DNA from: Octopus vulgaris
Taxonomy: Eukaryota
Direction: 5' to 3'
NCBI GenBank assembly: GCA_951406725.2
Contig: OX597820.1
Span: 112,096,001 to 112,160,000 of the forward strand
Length of the DNA: 64,000 nt
The position numbers were made by a program, and so were the translations under genes. Positions 1 to 11,499 of the stretch are shown piece after piece. Position 1 is the stretch's first letter; each line of letters opens with the position of its first letter. Under the pieces are notes generated by a model. It saw nothing but the letters and a program-made list of their open reading frames with translations. It was not told the origin of the DNA and ran no database searches.

Positions 1-40
1 CCTCCCTCTCTCTCTCTTTCTCTCCTGCTTTTGATTTTTC

Positions 41-96
<56 letters not shown>

Positions 97-170
97 GAAA
101 AATCAAAACCAGGCAGAATGAGTATCTTAAGTCATTTAGAATAATTTAATTAGGGTAACGTGAATTTGAA

Positions 171-229
171 GTCTTACAGCTTTTTCTGGGATGACCCAAG
201 TTGTTGGTTAGCACTCATCAGAGAGAGAC
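171..229 (-). ncRNA. Type I hammerhead ribozyme-like motif (stem II partly deleted)
   Basis: Minus strand reads GTCTCTCT-CTGATGA-gtgctaaccaacaacttgggtcatccca-GAAA-AAGCTGTA-AGAC. The CUGAUGA and GAAA cores are intact, with a GUA cleavage triplet. Confidence 0.55.
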
Positions 230-542
230 AAGGTATGAATATTTTAGATGGTGAAAATTTACAGTTTACAAGGAATAAATATTCACAGTTTATAAGGATT
301 ACAATAGAAGAATATGAAGTAGTAAAATAGAAGAATAAAGAGTAAAAGTAGTTCAAGGGATATAGGCAGGAGAATTGTATCAACCAACATCCATATCCGC
401 TGGAAAAAGAGGAGTTGTGAACATTAATCTCCTACCTATATTCTTCGAACTACTTTTACTCTTTGTTCTTCTATTTTACTACTTTATTCTATTGTAATCG
501 TTATAAACTGTGAATTTTCCCCATCTAAAATATTCATACCTT

Positions 543-618
543 GTCTCTGATGATGGAATACCCAATGCACGGACATGCTAACCAACCACTTGGGTTGTTC
601 CAGAGACAGCTGTAAGTC
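543..618 (+). ncRNA. Type I hammerhead ribozyme-like motif (GAAA mutated to GAGA)
   Basis: GTCT-CTGATGA-TGGAA TACCCAA...TTGGGT TG TTCCA-GAGA-CAGCTGT-A-AGTC. It has a long stem II and a palindromic stem III (ACAGCTGT). Confidence 0.6.
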
Positions 619-1351
619 TTCAAATTCACCTTACCCTAATTAAATTATTCTAAACGACAGGAGATACTTGTTCTGGCTGGATTTGATTTTTCCTCTAATA
701 TAATATATACATACTATAACAGAACCCTAACACAGATCCCTAGGTCCAGCCTTAGCTGTGATTTTGGAACCTAATGGTCGACCAGCTATAGCACTTACCC
801 AGCATACCTATTCATTTAGATCACAAGTGAACTAAAACCCTCATTTTTTTATATATATATATTACTCATACACTTAAAAACATGTGTGTATACATTTATA
901 TGTGTGTATGAGTGTGTGTATACACACACACACAAATACATGCATCATACATACTACATATATACAGTGGAAGTCGACGACTTCTTAAACACATTTCTCT
1001 TTCAGAAACATCTCATGTTTCGTTCCCCATCACTGATGATGTCTCATCCGGTTCCTAAGGCCTGCAAGGGACCTACAAGTCATTCCATACTGGCCACAGG
1101 TCAGCGTTCCAGCAACAGCTTGACCATCTAGATGATGGGACATACAATGCCGAGTGAATCCACTCGGTTAATCTACAGGCTGTTACATAAGGTGCACAAG
1201 AGGTCATGCTGGATATCACAGGAGTGCCTCTGTACCCATGTTTGCGGATGAGTATGCCTTCCTTTGATATATATAAATATATTAAAAATGGAGAAGGCCA
1301 GTTTATGGGATTACCCTAGGTTTCCTAAATCCTTCATTTTATATCAACTTT

Positions 1352-1978
1352 GGCTAATGCAGTTTTGCACCTCTCCTTGAAAAATGAAATTTTTTTTTCC
1401 AGATTCATACGTTTTAGATGTCGGAGATCCCGAATATGCAAATTGATGCAGTACCAGGCAGTGGCTCTCATGGCTTCTGATCTTAACTGATTGGAAGTGT
1501 TATCATGTACATTGTTTTGTCTTGGTATAAAAGATGGGCTACAGCAAATATTCTGCTCAATACCACAGATTTGCTTGTCAGTTGTTTGACCTTAACCAGT
1601 TGAGCATGTCCCTTAGTGGCTGACGATATGTGCATCTCTGATCACGAGCTGAAGTAGTGGGGGAGCATCATAGCCATGTGTTGAGAGGGTTTATTTCACC
1701 TCTGGAAACATGGGTGTTTCATTTAACATCCTTAAACAACCCTTATTCAAGAACCTTTTGAGTGGGATGGGCTACTCGACCAGAAAAAAATTCTAACTGG
1801 GCCCCACCTGCAAGGTCATGTGCTGTTTATCTTCATATGAGATCACCATATCGCGCACATGTGGTTGTGATGCATGTGCCTGGTGTACCCTTATCAGACG
1901 GGTAGTCACGATGGGTATACTGGGCTTCGTATATTTTACCCCAGTGTCACTTTGATGGCATGCACTGCTCTCTCACTC

Positions 1979-2014
<36 letters not shown>

Positions 2015-2685
2015 CCCCAACACCACTCCCCCTCCCATTAAAAATTTTGAACTTTTTCGAAATTTTTCCCCTATGTTTTAGATGACGGAGATTACGGATA
2101 TGCAAGAAACCACGTTTTGAAACTTTTAAATTTAATAAGCATATAGATATGTGTATAAAGAGATAGATATGAAAGTCTTCCTGCGGCTAAAAACAAAAGT
2201 AACACTGTAGGACCGCCACATTTAGTTGACAAATATATTTTATGAATAAACGGATGGGGATAAATAGATAGACAGACACATAAATAAATGGATGAAAAGT
2301 TCAAAATTTAAAATTGGAGGAGGGCTGAAACTTGAGCCCCTTATTAAACTTTATAACAATTATTAAATATCAATGTTTGTTTCTCATAAAATGATGTGTA
2401 TTTAATTTACATTAAACTATTATTATTTACGATTATTTAAGGCAAACACAAGCAAAACGTAAATTCTTTTCACTTTAATGTTTTTGTATTTAATTTCGAT
2501 TTGCATATGTTCGTCAATTCGCTACGATCTCTTTAAAGTAAACAAAATAAAAAAATTTAATTGAGGGGGGGGGGGGATTTTTTTTTTTTGCATATTCGTA
2601 ATCTCCGACATCCAAAGCGTAGAAATCGGAAAACCATTATTTTAAAATGCATTTTTCAAGAAGAGGTGCGAAACTGCATTAGGCC
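1352..2685. mobile_element. Non-autonomous DNA transposon, Merlin-like
   Basis: TIRs GGCTAATGCAGTTTTGCACCTCT... and ...AGAGGTGCGAAACTGCATTAGGCC give GG...CC termini. The 8-bp flanking duplication is TCAACTTT (1344-1351) vs CCAACTTT (2686-2693). Subterminal repeats TTTTAGATG(T/A)CGGAGAT...TATGCAA are present. Confidence 0.65.
1445..2013 (+). mobile_element. Retroposon fragment with (TAA)n tail nested in the Merlin-like element
   Basis: GC-richer block ending in CTCTCACTCAA(TAA)n at ~1980-2013, interrupting the TIR element. Confidence 0.5.
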
Positions 2686-3651
2686 CCAACTTTTTTTAAG
2701 AATGAACAACGAAGAGTATATAAAACAAATCGAAATGACAATTTAAGATAAACAATGATTTATCATGACCAATCACGAGGTTTAAATTTTCTAAGATAAA
2801 AGAAATATAATCGATAGAATCGATCTAGTATATAAATGGCATTGGTTTTATCGACGTCCTTACATTTTAGAGAACGAAAAGGATTTGATGAAACTGGAAA
2901 ATGACCAGCACTTCAATACATTCGGTAATTGCATGTAAATGGATTATTTTACGCCGATTTACAAACCTTAAATCTACTACATAAAACAAGGCTTGTGTAA
3001 GCATGAGGTGCTATTTTCATGATGTTAACCGAACATAAAATCAAAGGCGTTCCAATTGCGACCATCCAAGACACAGAGTAGTATATAGTGAACTAATAAT
3101 ATCCAGTGTTTTTATGTTTTATTTTTTCTTTCAAAGATGGGGTGTGGTGTTTGATATTAAAATGATGAGTATCATATCAGTAACTGGATTTAATTAACTT
3201 TTGGAAATGGAATAAGATCGTGTGCGGCAAACACAAGTAAAATCAAACGTTTCGAGTTAACCCTTCGTCGGCGAAGAAATGACGAAAGGGATCCGTCGGA
3301 AGTCTTAGAATTAAACCTCTTTTAAGGGCACAAGAACTTTAAATTTCTGAAATTTGTTACATAATTTTACGGTAATTTCTTCGGACTCAATTTTCTTTAA
3401 TTAGTTTACTTATCTATCTTATTACCCTATCTTACACATTACACACACACAAAATAAAAAGAGGATTACGGTAAAATGAATAAATGCATTCATCAATTGT
3501 TTGAACTTTCTTAAATCCGTGTTCGACAATTATTTGTAAACAGGCAAGAGACAATATTTATGAAGGGAAGAAAGTCACAAAAATGCTAGAAAAGAAGGGA
3601 GGAATATTAAAATTTAGAAAATGAGTAAAGAAATGAGAATAAATAACTTAC

Positions 3652-3786
3652 CATGCCACCAAGCATCAGATCTTGGTCGTCGGTAAGTATGAAAATAATA
3701 TTCGGTTTTTGTATGGCATAACTGAGATGAAAAACAGAGCAAACATATAAAGAGATGAAAAACAAGGAAACACATCGACAAGACAT
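3652..3786 (-). CDS. GNS: First coding exon of N-acetylglucosamine-6-sulfatase-like sulfatase (signal peptide plus start of sulfatase domain); downstream exons not found in the window
   Basis: Encodes MSCRCVSLFFISLYVCSVFHLSYAIQKPNIIFILTDDQDLMLGGM (45 aa): a hydrophobic signal peptide then the sulfatase motif PNIIFILTDDQD. The LGGM ending matches GNS (LTDDQDEVLGGM) better than SULF1/2 (DQDVELGSM). A phase-0 GTAAGT donor starts at 3651. Confidence 0.88.
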
Positions 3787-3864
3787 TTTCTCTGTATTGA
3801 GCGTCTGCATGTGGTGAGCAGACCCGGCCTGGTTCGGTGTACGGTGAACTAATGCCCTCTCCAA

Positions 3865-3892
3865 ATATATATACCGGAGTCGTGTGACGTCA
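3865..3892 (-). promoter_or_regulatory. Candidate proximal promoter of the GNS-like gene: CRE palindrome and TATA-like run
   Basis: Perfect TGACGTCA at 3885-3892 and TATATATA at ~3866-3873, ~80-105 bp upstream of the ATG in a locally CpG-rich stretch. Confidence 0.45.
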
Positions 3893-3974
3893 GTTTAATA
3901 TGGCTGTCTGTAGATACTTGAAGATGTTTTTTAAAACTATTTTGATAATACGCAAAAACAAACATACTGAAAAT

Positions 3975-4925
<951 letters not shown>

Positions 4926-4964
4926 TATCTATATAAATGTGTGTGTGTGTGTGTGTGTGTGTGT

Positions 4965-5002
<38 letters not shown>

Positions 5003-6179
5003 CCGGTGTGTATCAGAAAAATTGTCCAAATTTTAGATTCAGCTTTGAACCTTTGTATTTCAGGAATGCTTAAAAATGACTTTATGGAATTTTCAAAGGT
5101 TTTTCCAAAACTATTGAACTCTACTCTGAGCAAGATAAACCATTGATTAATCGTCAAGCTTACCAGAAGAATCGTGATGAAGTTGACCATGGACGAAAAT
5201 GACATTTTCAGAAATAATTAACCATAACTCAGGATTGAGTGCTAATAAAGGATTGGAATAAGGTTCAAATGGCAGTTTTATTTCAAAGCACCAGAGACAA
5301 TTCTGGCTGAAATTTTATCTGTTAGGCATCAAGAGTTGCTCCTCTTTCGGCAATAACTTCCCTATCTGGAACGTAAACCTGAAGTTCTTAGCAATTGCGT
5401 TGGGGTTTCCCTCGTCTCTCACCTCAGGATATTCAGAAACAATCCAGGTCTTTACATTTTTCAAAACCTGAACATAACAAATTCTTGTCAGTCTCTTAGC
5501 CTTTTCAAACTTGATCAAAGGCATCTTCTTGCCATCACAGGCCACACAGGCGAAAATCATCACCCTGGCAGGGTTTTGCACCTGAAAATGATATTTTTTT
5601 CTCTCTCGTGAGGAGGTGAAGCCAGAACGCAGTTGTTGTGTCTGTTTGTGCGCGTATCTTGAGTGAAATTCTCCTTATCTGGGTAGAAGATCACTCCAGC
5701 ATTATATTTCACTTTATTCAAGATGATCTTAACGATCTCCAACCTTCTATCTTCTTATCCTGGAGTAACAAGGAACTTCACGGGTCTCACTACGATTTCA
5801 TTTCCAAGTCTTCTGTCACCAATCTCGGAACTTTCATAGCCAAAACTCCTCTCTGACGTGCCAAACATCTTATGGATTGAGTTGGATCTCTTCTGATTGA
5901 TCTCCTCAATTCCATATTGAAGCAATGATCCCTCTTGTGGTTATGACCTCCTCATCCAGTTTTCCTTTCCACTATTTCCTCTTTCTTAAACTTATTCACA
6001 ATGCTCTTGATGGTTCTTGAAAGGACTTTGAAGATGGAAGCTAGTTCACTGATTCTTACAAAAACTGGTGTCATTATGGCCAGATGTCTTTCCTGGAAAA
6101 ATGGAAAATTGCAAATCGATTTGTTTATTGATTTTAAGAAATTTTAAGAATTTGGGAAGAATTTTGCTGTTACACTTGG
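5003..6179 (-). mobile_element. Decayed Tc1/mariner-superfamily transposon (maT/DD37D-like)
   Basis: TA-flanked imperfect TIRs CCGGTGTGTATCAGAAAAATTGTCCAAATT and AATTTGGGAAGAATTTTGCTGTTACACTTGG. Minus-strand remnants read FYPDKENFTQD..NRHN and VMIFACVACDGKKMPLIKF...YVQVLKNVKTWI. Confidence 0.7.
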
Positions 6180-6269
6180 TATATACACGATGGATTCTCT
6201 CGTCATGAGCGACAAATAAAGGTTCAGTGAAATAAAGCGGTAATCATATTCTATAGACACTAATGTATC

Positions 6270-9200
6270 TCTTGAGACTTACTGGTGCCTTGCAAACCTT
6301 TTGGCAAATAGAACAAGCTGAGAATTCAGTTTGCTCGAGTGCTTGTGAATCAATAACTATGTGTTTTCTTAAGTGGACGGCAAGGCTGGCTTTGCTTCAT
6401 GTCACAAAACCACAATGACAGGTAAGGTTTCCATTTAGAGGAGCAGAGTTTAGCTTGCCTGAAGTTTGTCCCGATGTTGGAGCTGACTTTGCTCAAATCT
6501 CTGAACTGAGGAGAAGCAGGACTGGTGCCAGGTCCTGCATTCTGATGCTTTGTTTTCCCAGGAAGAAAAAATGCATCGGTTCAGTTTGTCTTTTAGCTTA
6601 TCCTTGAAGCGCAAGAGTGGCCTTCCAACTGACCTTCCTGTTAGGAGTTGGCCAAAGTAATGTTGCTTTGGAATTCTGATATCATTTGATAAGGATAGTT
6701 TATGATATGCTGCATTTTGTTAGCATCTCACTGTTACGAATATGGACATTCGGTTTTACGTTGGAGGTAGTATGCATGCACCGCATATAAAAAGCGTCAA
6801 GCTGGTTAATGTGCTTCCGGTACAGGGTCTAAGATTCAGCATCATAAAGCAATGATGTCAGAACCACTGACTTATGTTCATCGACTGTCACCTTCAACGA
6901 TTTGTTCCAAAGCCTGTGATAAACTTTTTAGCTAGAAGGGAGTGTCTCTGGACCTCAAAATACAAATTCTTGCTTCTCATGAGTTGCATATAAAATGGCG
7001 GAAATAATACCAGAAATGAGCTTTCAAGTCACAGAGACACTTTATTCTTCAGCTAAATAAAATTATACATTGGAGCAGATTAATACATCACAAAGTTGTC
7101 TGTAGAAAATCATACATAGTTGGCTTTTCAACTCAGTCAAACTTGGTTACATGTGCTTCAACAGGAACAAAAATAAGGTGGCAAAGCTTCCTGAAAACAA
7201 ACTCGCCACTCTCCTGCTTTCTCTCACTGCATTGCCCATATAGATTTTACAGCGCTTTTATAAGCAAAAAGAGGTTCAAACTAGCATTTAGAATATGCCA
7301 CTTTTGGTGGTCAATTGCGCAACGCGATTGGATACGAACTCCATATCCCGCATAAAACTATTAGGTTGTTCCAAAAATAATGGCCAATTTCAGAAGCATA
7401 ATTTTATTCTGGAAAAATTGACAATAGAAATGTCTTGATTAGTCAAAGTATGAGCCATGAACATCTATGCATGTCTGCCATCGATCAACAAGATTATTTA
7501 TGCCTTGTTGATAAAAACTTATTGGCTTTGATGCTAAGAAATCCTTGAAAGCTGATTCCACTTTTGATTTGGACCTGAAAATTTTATCACTTAAAAACGT
7601 GTTTAAATGCTTAAAAAAACTGGTAGTCAGTGAGTGAAAGATCAGGAGAATATGGAGGATGTGGTAAAGTCTTGTATCCAAGTCTGTGAGTTTTTGCAGC
7701 GTCATTCTTACAACATGTGGCTTTGCATTATCGTGGAGCAGAATTGGGCCACGCCAGTTCAACAATGCATTTTTTGCAAGTGAGAATGCATTTCAGCGAG
7801 TTGATTGCAATAAACCTTTGCTGTAATGATCTGATTGGTAGTAGTTTGGGAGGCATTGTATCCAAACTTGAACTCATGCAAGAAAAGTAAGCGATGTTCC
7901 TTTTTTATTTTGTCATGTTCATAATTAAGGGTGCCTATGCTTCAGGAATATTTTCTGTCTGAAATAAGTATAGAATTATTAAAGAGCATACATCAATTAT
8001 TAAGTATGTTGAAATTCACCTAAAATATAATTAAAATACTATTATAAAATTGCGTTTCAAAACACAACATTTTGAGAGGTCATTATTTTCAGAACAACCT
8101 AATAGATCAATCCAAATGCCAGACTCAACCAGTTGCCTTAAGCTGAAAATCATATCCACTGAGTCTCTACCAGCCCGAAAACCACACTGAGATTCAGGCA
8201 ACACGAAGCTGGCAAGGGTATCATTTAGTCTGTTTAAGATAACCTTTCCAAGGATCTTCCCATGAAACACATGAAAGGGGAATACTTCTATGGTTATCAC
8301 ATTCACATTTGTTGCTTTGTGCTTATAAAAATGGACAATCTTTAAACTCCTGAGGGACTGATCCTGATTCTCAGATAAAGTAGTGGAGTTCATATAATTT
8401 GTTCAGTAGGAGATTGCTGGTATGCCATTGTTCTCAGATGACTTTCCATTTGTGAACGTTTTTATGGCCTTTTTCATCTCAGTATTTGATGGAGCAACTG
8501 ACAGTTCTTCAAGGACTGACTTCTGCGGTAGGTTGTTGATCAGTTCTTCATCAACAACTGAATCCATATTCAGAACATTTGAAAAATGCTCTATCCAGTG
8601 CTTCGTGATCTTTTTTTCTATCAAAAGATTACCCTCAGTTGAAAGTATGGAAGTTGAGCCACCAGATAGAGGTCCAAAAACACCCTTTAAATTCTGATAG
8701 AATGACTTGAAATTACATCTGTCCACAGCATCCTGCAACTATTCTGCCTTCTTTCGTCACCATGTCTGTTTCATTTGCTTCAGTTGAGATTGGCATGTAT
8801 TTCTGGCCTTTTTGAACTCATTGCGTTTTGTGGCATTATCTTTGTTTGACAACTATTGATAGTGGCACTTGTGCATATTGTCCAAAAGAGGAGAGATGTT
8901 TGAATCATTTGAGTCGAGCCAATCTTGGTGCTTCCTCTTAACATACCCGAGTGTATCACAAGATGACTCAAATACAGCATTTTTAAAAACAGACCACGCT
9001 GATTCAATATCTGTATTATCTAAGATGCCAGCAGGTTTGTTGTCACAAGTTGTTTGAAATGAGGATAAATTATCATTGTTCCTCAGCTTTCTCACATCCA
9101 CTTTTTGAATTGGCCGAGTGCTATTGTTATGAATAGGAGTGAGGAAAGTAAAATTCACCTATCGTATCAGTCTATGGTCAGACCAGAACTGCCAATGGAG

Positions 9201-10060
9201 AAAGAACGTGTTACTTGGACATCTTCCCTCATAGAAGACCTCACAATTATGTAATCAGTGAAGTGATACTGGTTGGATCGGAAATGCTTCCAGGTAGTTT
9301 TTTTGGTGGTTGGGGAGTTGGAAAATAGTATTGGTACTCAAAATTCCATACTCACTGCAAATCAATAGCAGCGCGCGGCTGCTCAAGTTTGCCTTGTCAA
9401 CCCCATGCTTCCCTATTACGTACCATATGGATGTTTCACAACCTACGCGTGCATTGAAATTACCAAGGGGAGGTCTATCATGAATGGATACACCTCTCAA
9501 CTGGTTACGTAGCTCAGAGTAGAACTGCTCTTTAACTACTTCATTTGAGTTCATGGTTTGAGCATAGCAGCTGCAAATAGTTGCATATTTATTCTTGCTA
9601 ATGCAGATACGGAATTACATGAGGTTTTCTCTAATGCTATTCAAAACGTTTCACCAAGTCATTCCGAATAGCAAACCTAACACCTACCTCTTTCTTTATT
9701 TCCCAAAGCTTACCCATCCAGAAAAAAGTGTATCCACCATCAACTTCCTGTAGCTGATCACAGTCCGTTAGTCTGGTTTCAGAAAGAGTTGCTATTCCAA
9801 AGTTTTTCTTTTCAAGACACGGACAACCAAAGCGGCCGTACATTCTATGTTTATCTGGCTGTCCTGAAGAGTTCGCACATTCTAAGATGCAATGAAAAGG
9901 TTTTTCTTTTTCGATCTGCTTAATCTTCTAGTGCAGGTTTGGATACCCAGTCATTTGCACCTAATGACAAGAAACAATGCGAGTAATCAATTTTTAGGTC
10001 GCATTTTCGTGACCCCCTCCTCCATAGGAGGATAGCAATGCCATCCTATACAGGGCTGCT
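6270..10060 (-). mobile_element. Decayed RTE-clade LINE (APE endonuclease plus partial RT), interrupted
   Basis: Minus-strand remnants IATLSETRL..GYTFFW.G..GVRFAIRN, GNFNARVG, KRKHQDW, HWIEHFSNVLN and LPESQCGFRAGR..DMIFSLRQL, plus a 3' part GRPLLRFKDKLK near 6600. Many stops and frameshifts; RT core largely replaced by later insertions. Confidence 0.85.
7361..8102 (-). mobile_element. Internally deleted mariner transposon inserted in the RTE
   Basis: TA target duplications at 7359-60 and 8103-04. TIRs TTAGGTTGTTCCAAAAATAATGGCC and GGTCATTATTTTCAGAACAACCTAA. Transposase remnant GPILLHDNAKPH...GINNLVDRWQTCIDVHGSYFD. Confidence 0.9.
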
Positions 10061-10882
10061 TTGTTGTGAAAGAAGGACACAATTTACACAATTATTCGTA
10101 GATGTTGTGTATAGCAGCCATCTGCTTTTCACCACCTATGTATGAAGTTCAAGCTAAGAACATCTTTCACCTGTTCCCATCGCTATCCCTTCATCGTCAT
10201 TGTGTTTTGTTTATTTTGTTGTTTTTTTTTTAGTGGGGGGTACACACTCTCCATCAAAATATGGTGATGGTATTTGCTGATAGTATTTTACTGAACTACC
10301 AGCACATGGTTTTGTTTATAGTGGTCATTGCTTGTACTGCACAATGCGCACTCTTTCCATCAAAAAAGCATTTACCTGTGTGTGTCAAATGCTAAATCGA
10401 TCGCATAGTTGAGATCAGAGTGGTGTAGCGTACACTCGAGTGAAATTCCTCTCCCCTTTATTATATATGCATACATTCGAATGTAACCGATAACAGCTAA
10501 CATTTGGCCGCTATTTGGATCCCGTTGTGTCCACTATTCTGATTGGTTGGTATCAGTGTAATTTGTCTCTTACTCTGTCGCTCCAATATGCAGCATATAA
10601 CCAATTGGAGCTCTAAATAAGATCACGTGAGACAATCTTTTCTCAACCCCCTTTGAACCTGCTGTTCATTATAAAACTCACCTTCTCTTCGTCTCAAAGT
10701 CTTTGGTTCCAGACCTAAGATCTAGCCACTGACCACACGAGACACAGCCAGTTCCAGCGACAACGCCAGACACCCAGGTGTCAACACAGCGCTGTTCGTG
10801 AATTACTTCACTATGGTTTAACAACAAATATACACCATGCGAGCCAGATGACAACACCCATCCAACAGCATTACGGCAATCT

Positions 10883-11133
10883 TGTAGTGACACCATTTTG
10901 GAAGTCTTCAGTGCACATGTGCAGAGTTGGATTTCTTCCGGGAGGCTACCGGAAGTTCCCTCATGTGCATGCACAGAGAACTACCAGCAGCAAAACCTCC
11001 CCTGTATCGATCTCTCTTGAAGCTGACACCGAATTGAACGGACACGTCCTCATAGCTCTACCAAGCAGCCACCACATGGCGAAGCTACACTACGCTGGAA
11101 CGGAGCAGGATTTGGTTCACACCATTTAACCAC
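10883..11133 (+). repeat. Dispersed LTR-like repeat (second copy at 19439-19689)
   Basis: Near-identical ~250-bp blocks starting TGTAGTGACACCATTTTGG. The second copy is preceded by a purine tract (GAGGGAGAGCC). Confidence 0.55.
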
Positions 11134-11499
11134 AGCGACTACCTCCATGGCTACCGATTTGCCCCGAAGGAAAGATATATACATATATATATTATTGCGA
11201 ATCCAGGAAATAAAAATATTTATGTTGTTGAAGATATTTGAAGCCTTGGTTTTCCTTTGGCAAATAATTTAATGTAAGGGATGAGACCTGCACCCCTCAA
11301 GTGTTACAGACCTTTCATCTTATTACAATCTCTTTCTTCGTGTGAAGACAAATGTACATTCTTGTATTTGTGTATCATCATCAACATGGCCCCACCCTAC
11401 TCACCTGGCACCTATAATTGCCAGCTCAGGCTCCATGAAAGACAGCACATTCTCACCCAACCTGCAATATCCATTAACAGGAAATACAAACTATCTTAT

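Larger units (their letters stand above)
92..700. mobile_element. Fold-back (inverted-repeat) element, probably paired Penelope-like pseudo-LTR tails, inserted at (TA)n
   Basis: 92-~400 is the diverged reverse complement of ~415-700 (GAGGAAAAAATCAAAACCAG...TTAGGGTAACGTGAATTTGAAGTCTTACAGC vs GCTGTAAGTCTTCAAATTCACCTTACCCTAA...GATTTTTCCTC). Each arm carries a hammerhead-like motif and both ends abut TA-rich runs. Confidence 0.7.

Noticed and set aside
790-850. Minus-strand GTAAGT donor as GNS exon 2
   Set aside because: Upstream sequence does not encode anything like the expected TPLKKT-type continuation.
3243-3273. Minus-strand CCGACGAAGGGTTAACTCGAAACGTT hammerhead-like motif
   Set aside because: Core variant plus no convincing stem I; kept only as a weak hint.
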